Assembly: GCA_038496445.1 (NCBI GenBank)
Contig: JALMLS010000438.1
Coordinates: 124,001 to 188,000, forward strand
DNA from: Trichosphaerium sp. ATCC 40318
Lineage: Eukaryota; Protista; Tubulinea
Direction: 5' to 3'
DNA: 64,000 bases
Below, piece by piece: positions 13,420-25,923 of this stretch. Below the pieces are notes generated by a model. That model made no database searches and was not told the DNA's origin. It saw only the letters and a program-made list of their open reading frames with translations. Every line of letters starts with the position of its first letter. Positions within the stretch are counted from its first letter, which is position 1. The position numbers were made by a program, and so were the translations under genes.

Positions 13420-14012
13420 TAAGTTGTAAATCAACCAAAAAAAAAGGAGCAAAGACAGATAGTATCAAGATTTTATAAAAACCAAGCAATATTCTAATAA
13501 TCTTATTTGTTTATTTTTAATCTATGAAACTAATTCAAGTACCAAGAGAAAGAACAAATAGATGCATTTGAATGAACTGTTGTAAAAACTTAGGTTGAGC
13601 AAGGTTCGAATGGTTCGAATGGTCCGATGAAACAACTTTCTTTTGCCTTTTTTTTTGAGGAATGTTCGTTATACTCTTGATGTTTTTGTCCCAATTGTTC
13701 AACAAAACTCAGATTATGACTTGATAATGAGTGCTAAAGGGCACTGCTGCTTAAGCATGTCATGCTGGCCGAATGTCGAGTATACCAGACGAAGTCAATA
13801 GCAGTATTCATGATGCTCTGGAGTTCGTTGGTAGGAATTCATGTTGATACAGTCGATGATGCTTTGGGTGAAAGTATGCGAAGTAGCATAGCAAACTTTA
13901 AAAGTCGTACAAAACAGCCAATCACGCACCATTTTTTAGTACTACAAAAGGGTTAAGAGATTGTGAGCTCCTAGAAAACTCAAAATTACACCAACTTTGC
14001 TTTAGAAAAAAC

Positions 14013-14909
14013 ATGACTTTTTGGTCTTCATTCATTTTAGCTTTAACTGTGCTGGATAATAATATAGCAATGGATATTTGGTATCATATTATCAAGTTAG
14101 TTGACACCGTTAAAGGGCAGCTTGCGCTTCAGTTAACCTGCAAATTATTCAGATTTTTTTCTGATACTCAAAGCATCTGGAAAGCAATATATCAACGCAA
14201 AGGAGAGCAAATAAAGTATTTTTGGCCAAAACTTAGTAGAGTGGTCATAAACGAGCAATCATGGCGTAAAATATACATAGAAACACACAGGCTTAAAGAA
14301 ACTGACCGCTTTTTCAAGGCTTTTAAGCTACCTGCAGATGAGACGCAAGACAGGCGAGAAAAGTGTCTTTTCTTGTATAAAACATGTACAATGCACTTAC
14401 ATTCAACGCTGGCTGGTGTAATTCAACAAATATACATTCAAGGCAAGTTGTTCAAGGTTTTTTTTATACCTTTTAAAATATTTACAAATTGATGAATTAT
14501 TCTCACGTTTTTTAAAGGAACTTCACGTGATTCATCCTTTAAAAACCTGTACAGGGCCGCGTTTAAATTAACTACTGGCAACCAAAAAACTACTGCACAT
14601 GTTTGTGCGCTTGCTACAGCAAGTGTTGCCAAGCAAGTCTGTTCAGTTTTAACTCCGGAATCAGATGAGAAACAAGTTTCATCGGTGCTTGAGACATACA
14701 GGGAACTAATAACTCGCATGCGTTATATCTTCCAATATCCCATACAATTAAGAGTCTTAGATTTCATATTGAAGACGTCATACGATGACCTCGTTCAAGG
14801 GTTTTTTGCTATGGCTGTAAAGTCTGTTGTTCCAACAACAACTTTTAAATGTGATCCAGTATTTGAAACAGCTCTTGACAGGCTTGGTGTACCGTTTAGT
14901 GACATGTAA
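14013..14909 (+). CDS. F-box-like protein with cullin N-terminal repeat-like C-terminal domain
   Basis: DIWYHIIKLV..LALQLTCKLFR...SIWKAIY is F-box-like. A GC-AG intron at 14443-14517 joins it in frame to SFKNLYRAAFKL...YRELITRMRYIFQY. 5' end uncertain. Confidence 0.65.
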
Positions 14910-15376
14910 CTACCATAAAAACAAAGCTATGTAATAAACCACAGTGAGATTAGAATAAACGTGGCACCATACCTAACTTAGTCAAATATTGTACTAGCAC
15001 TAGCCTCAAATTATTTTGGAACAATTTTTTCCACATTTTTTGGAGTCTCCTGATGCTTCAACACGTTAAAATCCACCAATCAACAAACCCTAAATTCGGT
15101 AAGCAAAACTAGAATCATATGAGTGTAACATAGAAAGGGAAACCACACTTGACCGAGTGTTATCCTTCAATACTGACTTCTTCCTCCCAATTTGGTAAAT
15201 GAACAAGAAGATAAGCTCGGGTAACAGACGTGAAATGCACTTGATCATTCTCAAAATTAATAAATTAAGTTACAGTAATAACATTACATATGATGGTGTA
15301 TATAGATTACATAGTATGTGATACAAACTTTTTTTTTTTTGTCTAGAATACAGTTTTCTTTTTTTGGAATTCCAAG

Positions 15377-17650
15377 CTATTCAAAGAGCTTGTCTACAAA
15401 ATCACTTTGAATAAACACTTTAGGTTTTAGAATCTCTTCACTTAAATCTTGACCACATGCTTCAGGGTAAATCTCCTGAAGAGGGACATAATCAAGACCA
15501 TTATCATCAGAAACACTCAAATTGTTGTCAGTGGATATTGGCACATGATCGATAGCCTGGGTTGGCTTTATTACATCCAAAGTATCATGCACTTTTTTCG
15601 AAACATTACCCTGAAATCAAAATAAGAACTAGTATTTCTTGGTAAAATAGAAATCACTAAAAACAAACAGACCAGGTCAAAGCAAAAGAACAGAAAAAAA
15701 GAAGAAAAAAACCGGAAAAGATTTTCGTCACAAAAAGTCCACACCATTGCACAGCAATAGTGCAAGTTGTAGAATAATACTTGTTATTGTCATAATCAAG
15801 GTAAACATTGGACATCTAAAAAAAAGACGTACAAAATCCATAGCAAACATCATAGGATAAATTGAACTTAGAATCTCCAAGATTTCATACGCCTCTGTCA
15901 AATCTCTATCGCATACTTTATAAATCTTATATGTCTGTAGTGCCTCACCAATAGCAAAACCAATAAAACAATACATTGGTTTATCCTTGTACTCATGTAA
16001 AGCTGCAAGTATATCATCAGCACATTTCAGTGATTCTTCAGACATTCCAAGTTTTTCATAAACCCTCGTTGCTGCAGCGTTTCCATAAAGTTGACTAACC
16101 GCAGGATTTTCGTTAATACTCTTAGCTAATTCTAAAGCACTTTTCACATGGTTCAGACAAGAAAGGTAAATATCTTGAGTAGGTTTAATCCGCCAAATGT
16201 CAGCCTTTTTGTGAAAAAAGTTAGAAAAAAATAAGAAAGTTTGAGACGAGAACTTCAAGAATTGGTACCTCAATCGTAGCAAGCAAATCGTATATATTAC
16301 GTAGTACTACTGCTTCACCCCTATATCTTACATGCTCTGAAAAGTCTTCCTTGGCAACCAATAGATCAACACGCCAACCTTCAGCTAGAATCCTGTATTC
16401 TTCTGAAAATCGATCTTGTTTAGCTTGCCACATCTGCATTCGTAGTTGTAACGTATGAACTGATGCAGCATACCCACACCGCTGTAAACTATTTGATCCA
16501 CCTATGGTTTGAGTGAGATTCAATAGTGCGTCACAAGAGAAAAAAAACAAGGAAAACAAAGTTCATACGTCTGAGTTTTTTAACCGAACGCAAAAACGTG
16601 AACATGTTATCCGCCAGTGCAACACATTTCCCTGCTTCATCATGGCTGTTCATAGATACAAGGTACGTGCTAAGAAGTTGTATACCAACTAAAAAAGAAA
16701 GAGTGAGTTCATTGTTGGTACCAAGTAAGTACTCTACTTGCCTGCTGTGTCAAAGCTAGGTTTGTTTAATAGACCTTCACGGCACTGTAGTGCCATGGTT
16801 CCAAAATGCTTTGAGCGTGCTTGGTTCTTATAAAATAATTGTTGCAGCGCCAATATTGAGTATATTTGTAAGTTATTGGATGAGACTAAATGACGTAACT
16901 CAGAAAGGAAGATAATCGACAAAAGGAAAAAAAAATCAGAAAAGTTTGTACCTTTTCGCTCTGTAAACTCAGTCATATCCAGACGAGGAAGAAGCGTTTC
17001 AGGCGCATCAGAACCTACGAATAATCTATAACTATCCAAGCAACTTTGTATAGAAAATGAGGCATTTAATGTTGACGTGGATGGTGATAAAGCAACACAC
17101 TAAAAAAAACCCTGAGTAAACAACTTATGACATTATTTTAGTCAGAAAAATGAGCACGTGATTACAATTTTTTGAAAAAAAATCATGTGACCTTACGTTT
17201 GATTGTTTTCTCTTCTTGAGCTCTAGGGTAGTGACTGTTGTGTATTTTCCTCTTATTTCTTGAAGCAAAAGTTTTTGTCTGTCTTTCTCGATCTGAACTG
17301 CAGTTTCAAGTTCTGTTATCTTCATTGTCAAATTACTACGCGCAGAACCTATAAAAAGTGAGAACTAGGAGAAAAGAGTTGTAACCAGAGTATAATTCCT
17401 GTTGTATGTCGGTTACGGTTTTCAAACGCATAGCGACGCACTAGAACGTATGTTGTGGCAAGTTTACCTTTTTTGCGTCCACGACGTTTTAATGCAATAT
17501 AAACGCATTTGCTCTTCGCTTTTATGCAGTTAGCTGTACAACAGGGTTAATTTAAAGTAATTCTACAAAAGTTGTATTAGTACAGCAGCTAGGTTCCTTC
17601 TTATCGCATTTCAAATGCTTACTCCTACACAATACGCATGAGGGTTTCAT
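15377..17650 (-). CDS. Zn(II)2Cys6 binuclear cluster transcription factor
   Basis: Spliced N-terminus MKPSCVLCRSKHLKCDKKEPSCSNCIKAKSKCVYIALKRRGRKK has the CxxCx6Cx6CxxCx6C pattern. Followed by a coiled coil and helical middle region. Multi-exon. Confidence 0.85.
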
Positions 17651-17901
17651 AATACAGCTAATCTACAAATCAAAAATTGCCTTAGATGACTAGCTAAGAC
17701 ATGTGCGGAATAAAGAGGCCGGCAGGAACTTTTACTTCGCCTACTGTCACAGCATTGAACGTTTCTAGAGATCTGATGACGTATTTTTGGCCATTGGTGT
17801 ACCACCATGTACTTGTAAAACAAAGGCAGGATAAAGAAAGGGTTTGTTTAATTAACAATGACGGAAAATCTCGTCTAGACACGTGTCTGATTATTTTTTG
17901 T

Positions 17902-19158
<1,257 letters not shown>

Positions 19159-19893
19159 GTTGTATTCTCAGTACTATTCAAAACGAAACAAAGAGCAGAA
19201 ACAGTTTATTCGGTCAAACATGGTCGATTAATAAAAAAGCAACTAAACAGGCGCAGACACTCCCAAGTCACCCATTTGCCTCAGTAAAGGTGTCACAGTT
19301 TATATGACTGAATTATCTGGAGAATGCATCAATAACATTAAAAAATTAGTTCTTACAACGAGAGCAATCACTAGTAACATACAAAATGCGAATGAACAGC
19401 TTGAAAAGTGCGCCAAAAATGATTTAATTTCAAATCTCACGTGCATTGCGTAGAATACTGCGAGGAAAGCCAGTAGCCGATGAGCTTGCGCAAAATCTAG
19501 TGCGTAAACGCTTTTTAATTGTTTTCTAACGTAATCGCATTAGGAACTGTTTCTGGCAAAGCGAAATAAGCCCGTAGAGCAGCCTTTCTCATTTAACGGC
19601 GCCTCGATGGACGAGATGGAAGAATAACAGTCTTTCGCGATTTGAACGTTGAAAATATTTGTAAAACAAGAAAAGAGTGTAAATAAGTGGGTAACAAAAA
19701 GAAACGAAGAATAAAAAAAAAGATTTCGAGAATGTGTGCGACTGAAATGGAAATCTCCGTAGGTGGCTAGCTAGACAACAACGCGTTGCGTGGGCTATGT
19801 AGACCCGTTCATAATCACTGGCATAGTTACTAATACGCTTCAATATAACGTAATTGGCAGAAATTTCAACGCTAGCGCTACTCTAAAGGAGAA

Positions 19894-22800
19894 ATGGCCG
19901 ATCTTACACCCGAGGCGGCTTCAACTGGCAACGGAAAAGGCTCGAGAGGCAGTTTTGGCAGATTTTTGCGCCGTTTGTCTTGGCGTGGCGACATAGAGAA
20001 GCCTGTAGAGGAACCAACAAAGTCTGAGCCAAGTACTTCCGACGAATGGCAAAACACAGTAAAAGAACAACCAACCAAAAAGATAGTCAAAAAGAAGGAA
20101 GACGAAGAACCTAAGAGGTGTGACAACAAAAAATTTCGTTTTTTTGACATTCCTTATCTTGCAAAGGGACATATACGGCTTTATTGTTAACCAGAAGCAT
20201 TTTGATCTCTACATGGCGTATCTACAAAAAAACATTCCGTTGCAATGCAGGCAAAACGAACAGTTTAGGCAGTTCTTTACATCGCATAAACTGCGTGATG
20301 GCATCACTAAAGCATCATTTACTGAGGCTCAAGCTAGAGGCGGAATTCCACCAAAATACCGCGGGGAGGCACGTATTCATACGTAAAATACTTCACTTAG
20401 CTGTTTGTTCGCTTTTTCTCTTTGGTATTTTGGCGCGGGCGTAAATACTCGTGCTTTAAAAACAACAGCGAAACGAGTATACACCGCGCATTTTGGGTTC
20501 TTTTTACGGAGTACTACGTATAGGAAAAAAGAAATTAAATCAAATCTCGTTTTTGAGCTTTTGTTTTTTTGTTTTTTACGTACTAAGACGCGTAGTATAG
20601 GTCTGGAAGATATTCACGAATGTACCTGAACAGCTCGCTAAAAATAAGGGTGTATACCATAAGTTATTAGAGGATAATAAGGATAAGGTGTCTGACCATG
20701 TGTGGCAGATAGAAAAGGTTTGTTGACGCTATGATAACAGCTTTTGAAAAAGATTTTTTTTTCTTTGTTTTGTTTTTTGCTTTTGGACGCGTTTGATTGT
20801 TGTTTAATAACTCGTAATGGTAGGATGTACCGAGAACGTTCCCACATTTCAAAGGGGAGAATTTTATTGAGTCTCTGAGGCGTGTGTTGACAGCGTACTC
20901 TTGGAAAAATAAAAAAATAGGTATTTTGTTAATTACTTTATGTCTTGTACTTATATGTTATCTTAGGGTACTGCCAATCTATGAATATTGTTTCAGGAGT
21001 ATTACTTGTATTTATGGACGAAGAATCGGCGTTCTGGGCGTTAGACTGTATCCGCAAAAGTTGACACTTGAATTTTTTTAAACTTGTTAAGAAGTTTTTT
21101 TTATGAGCTTTCCTTGACATTCGTAGACTTGTTAACGAATATTTTATGCGATTACTATAATCCAGATATGTCAGGTAATATTTGTTTATTTTTTTTGAAT
21201 GATAGGTGCCATTTACGATTTGTTTTCTGATTGTTTGTCAAAAAAAAAGGTGTTTTACGTGATGCTGAGATTATGGAAGAATTACTTTATCGGTACTCTC
21301 CTAAGTTACGTGTACATTGCCAAGAGAACGATTTGAAGCTTGGTATATTTACAATACCTATGTTACTTACTATGCATGCGAGTAAATTACCAAAGGGGGT
21401 ACGATAGAATAAATTATTTATTCTTTGTTTCTTTTGACCATTTTTGGCTTTATTTTTTAACTTATTATTTTCAAAGGCTGTATTCAGGATCTGGGATTAT
21501 ATATTGTTTCGTGGTGCGCACATGGACTTACTTTTATGGTCTTCAGTTTGTTATGTCTTGAAATAATTGCTTTTTTTTTCTGGTAATTAATTTATTCGAA
21601 AAAGGAACGCCTGTGTTATTTGAGAGCATGTTGGAGTTGATATTGCCTCATGTTGATGATATCTGTTCTTTATATGATGAAGCAGAGATAGTTGGATTTT
21701 TATTTGATGAGATGGGAAGGAACTATGATCCTGATTTTACAATCCAAGGTGTACGTTTTTGAAAAAGTTTGATCTTTCGCCCTTTTGAAGCAAAGGAGGT
21801 GGACCTTTTCAGTATTAGCTTAGAAACGCTGTTTTCTAAGCCATGATTTTTTCTATTCTATACTCTTTGAAGTAGCACATGACGAGTGTGATTGTTTTTT
21901 TTTGATTTATTCAAAAGCAACTGGTGGTAATGTTCGTCTGCTAAAAGCGATATGACACCAAAATATTTCGTAATTTTTTTTATTAACCTTGTGGTCTTTG
22001 TTAGAAATATGTGGAGACACCTATAACTATACAAGAAATAGAAGAGGCTCGAACAAAATATGAAAAATTAATAACGCTTCAACTTAAAACAAGAGTACAT
22101 GAACACTATGTTCTTGTAGATGCACATATTAATACTCAATGTACGCACAATTTATTAGTTTATTAAATTTATATTTTGATCACGTGATTTTTTCTGAGGC
22201 TTGGCGTGTTGTGCTTTTTTTTTCAAACTTATTTATTTTTTATGTAGTCAATTGGGCTTCTATAAAGACTCTTCATAAGCAGTTTTTGTTCCTTGCAGAA
22301 CAAAATATGGATGTCCCACGTATTACAGAGACAACATTTTATGGTATTATTCGACATGTTTTACCAGAGTGGCGCTCAGAGAAGTTTATCGCTAAGTTAT
22401 TTACTGTTCTTGATGAAGATAATGTATGTAGAAGAAAGAGAAAGTTTTTATTTTCTCTTATTTTTTAATCAAATTAATCACGTGCTCTTTGAATTTACTT
22501 TTTTTTACCAATATAGGATCAATTACTTGGATTTCAGGAGTTGATTTATGGGTTAAATATATTATGTCAAGGTCAGGTGTATCAAAAGATAATACGTGCG
22601 TTTATGAATTGATTTTTTTTTTTTTTTGGGCCGTCAGTAGTTTCTCGCTGTTCGGTTCTACAAAGCAACGATGCGTGTGTACTATAATTTATTGTTGTTG
22701 TTGATGTTGAAGCGAGTAATGACAATCTGTGTGATAAACCTTTGGCAACTGACAGCCCGTGGTTGCTTTTTTTTTGAGCCTGTCGACTTTTTTTTTTTTT

Positions 22801-23145
22801 TTGAACTAACTTTTTTTTTCTTTATGATCAGTGACGTTCAAAATGTTCAATGTAGATAATATTGGTTATGTTACTAAATCAAGGTTTTTTGATATGTTAT
22901 CACTTATTTACGAGATGTATGGATTACAAGATAGTCGTGAAGAAATACGTGTTTATGTTTACATGGTTTTCGAAATGGTTGGAAAGAAGGATATGCTTTC
23001 ACTTGGAGACTTTAAAGAAGCTGTATTTATACAACCTCTTATAATGAAATGCTTCAAATTAGATTGTACACAACCTATTAAGAATGTAACTCTTTGTGAA
23101 GCTCAAGGAGGGAAGCTATTTGAAGATAAAAAAGTAAAAAAGTAA
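19894..23145 (+). CDS. TBC-domain Rab GTPase-activating protein with C-terminal EF-hands
   Basis: [10 protein letters not shown]|VW, IEK|DVPRT (R-finger), GYCQSMN (Q-finger), [21 protein letters not shown]-hand-like LFTVLDEDN and [13 protein letters not shown]. Confidence 0.9.
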
Positions 23146-23404
23146 AAAAAGTCCGACGATGTTGTAATTCTGTTCTCTATGTTCTGTCAAATGCATTTCT
23201 TTTCTACCATCATTGCTAATCACTCCGAACCTTCATACAACGCTCACTAGTATTGCACTGCCCCCTCAAAAGCCACCTTTCATGGGATCAGTATTTCGCT
23301 TCGTTGACCTGAGTGAGACCTTTCTCAGGATTACTTTTGACCACAACTCCGGCGGAATAGCAATTACGAAGGCATTTATCCGTAAAGCAATATCATTTAA
23401 CGAA

Positions 23405-24709
23405 ATGGCCGAAAAATGCTTAAAAACGACAACAACTGACCTGGTAGCACTCCCAGTCGAAGTATTAACTCATATTCTCGAACAAGGAACATTTACTCTC
23501 CGAGCAGCGCAAACATGCCGCTTATTACGAGATATCGTCCACAACCACGTCGGATACGGTAAAATCGATGTTAATACGGAGTCCGAAGCTAAAAGCCTTT
23601 CCGGAAGTCCTCTACTGAAGAATACCGCCCTCTCGCTTTGTAAATTTAATGATGTAAAGAACAGTCATCTGCATTTACTTGCAGGTGTACATACAATTAA
23701 TGTAGCAGGTACAGATGTGTCAGATGAAGGTTTGCTTGCATTAACAGGAGTACACTCTATCAACTTATCTGGTTGTGAATCAATAACAGATGAAGGCATC
23801 AAGGCATTAGCAGGCGTACACGATATCAACTTAGCTTATTGTGGATCAATAACAGATGAAGGCATCAAGGCATTGGCTGGTGTGCATACCATCAACCTTT
23901 ATGAGTGTACATCAATAACAAATGAAGGCATCAAGGCATTGCCAGGTGTACATACCATAAGCCTACGAAATTGCCAATCACTAACAGATGAAGGCCTAAA
24001 GGCGTTGGTGGGTGTTCACAATATAGACCTATCTTATTGTAAATCGATAACAGATGAAGGTATGAAGGTACTGGGAGGCGTACATACCATCAACCTACGC
24101 AATTGCCAATCAATAACAGATGAGGGTTTAAAGTCACTGGCGGGTGTACACAATATTATTCTATCTTATTGTAAGTCAATAACAGATGAGGGTGTCAAGG
24201 CTTTGGCAGGTGTACACACTATTGCTCTATCTAATTGTCAATCAATAACAGATGAAGCTTTAAAGGGATTAGCAGGTGTACACACTATCGAACTGCTTAA
24301 TTGTCAATCAATATCAGATGAAGGTGTCAAGGCGTTGGCAGGTGTACATAATATTAATCTACAGAGTTGTAAAGCGATAACAGATGAAGGTGTCAAGGCT
24401 TTGGCCGGTGTACACACTATTGATCTATCTGTGTGTAAACTTATAACAGATGAAGGTATCAAGGCGTTGGCAGGTGTGCATAGTATCAGCCTACGCAATT
24501 GCCAATCGATAACAGATGAAGCTTTGAAGGCGTTGGCAGGTGTACATACCATCAGCCTACGCAATTGCCAATCAATAACAGATGAGGGTGTCAAGGCACT
24601 AGCTGTTGTACACAAAATTGATTTATTTGGCTGTAATTCAATAACGGATGAAGGCATAAAGGAGTTACAAGCACATACTATAATTTCAAAAAAAAAGTTC
24701 AAAAAATAA
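23405..24709 (+). CDS. Intronless F-box/LRR protein with 15 tandem 21-22-aa LRRs
   Basis: F-box-like LVALPVEVLTHIL...AAQTCRLLR after ATG 23405 (the ORF is open further upstream). Repeats GVHxIxLxxCxSITDEGxKALA. Confidence 0.9.
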   Translation: MAEKCLKTTTTDLVALPVEVLTHILEQGTFTLRAAQTCRLLRDIVHNHVGYGKIDVNTESEAKSLSGSPLLKNTALSLCKFNDVKNSHLHLLAGVHTINVAGTDVSDEGLLALTGVHSINLSGCESITDEGIKALAGVHDINLAYCGSITDEGIKALAGVHTINLYECTSITNEGIKALPGVHTISLRNCQSLTDEGLKALVGVHNIDLSYCKSITDEGMKVLGGVHTINLRNCQSITDEGLKSLAGVHNIILSYCKSITDEGVKALAGVHTIALSNCQSITDEALKGLAGVHTIELLNCQSISDEGVKALAGVHNINLQSCKAITDEGVKALAGVHTIDLSVCKLITDEGIKALAGVHSISLRNCQSITDEALKALAGVHTISLRNCQSITDEGVKALAVVHKIDLFGCNSITDEGIKELQAHTIISKKKFKK

Positions 24710-25373
24710 ATATTTCTTCATGTTAACTCAGCATGTCCTTAACTGTTAAGATTTTACCGAGCTTCTATTCTATGAATATCATCAAGTTTAAGTTTCTTAC
24801 GTTACACAATTGCAGTAAACCTGAGGCTGAAATAATATTACATATTGAGATACACTCCTGGTTAGTCACATGTAAAACGTCATCTTTTATCTTTGGGTAA
24901 AGTACGTACTTGGTTTGATTAATGATTAATTTGATCCTCACACGGAGTACCAAGTTGTTCTATCCATCTAGGTGTTGCCTGTGCAATGCACATGTAGAAA
25001 AGGATTAACAGCCGTTTCAGTGGCGTTTGAGATAGACATCTACAAAGTAGGCGTGTTGTACAACTTGTGAGATCTCACCCGTTACAGTACATTGGTAACG
25101 GTATCTACGATACTACCCCTGCTGTGTGCACAGGCACACAGATGAACTAAGTTATAGTTCTGAGTAACGTTGACCACGCACCAAACGTATTCTTACAATT
25201 CAACACAAGGTACGCAAAATAGCTGAAAAATACTCTTTTACTAACATGTTGGTAGAGTGGACCAAAAAAAAGCACACGGCATTTTAAATTCCAAATCTGT
25301 TTACTACACGTATGTCATTTAACTCGCGTATAAGAACATTATTTTATAACCTGAAAAACGTTACCTGCTGTTT

Positions 25374-25712
25374 TTTTCAAAACAAATCGTTGATGCTCAA
25401 GCGAGCTACGAATGGTCTAGTGCGCTCCTAAACAGTGTCAAACTACACATTCCGACACTGTCATTTTGGTTGGTGGCTTTTTTTTTTCTTCGTTTTGAAA
25501 AAAAACGTGCGCAAAATCTGGCGTTTTATTGTTAACTCTTACAATTTACATTGTCATTGCAGCATTTTTGGTAGTGGAAAAACAAAAGTTTTAATCGAAA
25601 AAAAAGCAGCTACCAATCAAAATGACAGTGTCGGAATGTGTAGTTTGACACTGTTTAGGAGCGCACTAGACCATTCGTAGCTCGCTTGAGCATCAAAAAT
25701 TTGTTTTGAAAA
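25374..25712. mobile_element. Foldback/MITE-like long inverted repeat
   Basis: Perfect 79-bp arms at 25390-25468 and 25618-25696, extendable imperfectly to about 115 bp. T/A-rich spacer, no coding capacity. Confidence 0.85.
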
Positions 25713-25923
25713 TTATGGATGTCTTTTAATTACAAAACTCTTGTCACGATGTTATCTCAAATAATAAGTATACAGTCACCTATGGCTGTTCTATAGAATG
25801 AGCAAAAGAAAAACACGTGCTCAGTTTTAAAAAAACGTTTGGTTTTTTCTTACGGCGTGAATATCCAATCCTTCTCACATTCACTAGACCAAATTGCAAT
25901 TATAAACACCAAAAGAACCTTCC

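Noticed and set aside
24960-25210. Possible papain-family protease fragment (AVSVAFEIDIYK..GNGIYD..C)
   Set aside because: Short, stop-interrupted, no catalytic residues; similarity too weak to support a call.
25432-25461. acagtg words resembling V(D)J RSS/Transib heptamers near the ankyrin array
   Set aside because: They lack the invariant CAC start and any nonamer at 12/23 spacing, and no such sites flank the ankyrin exons.
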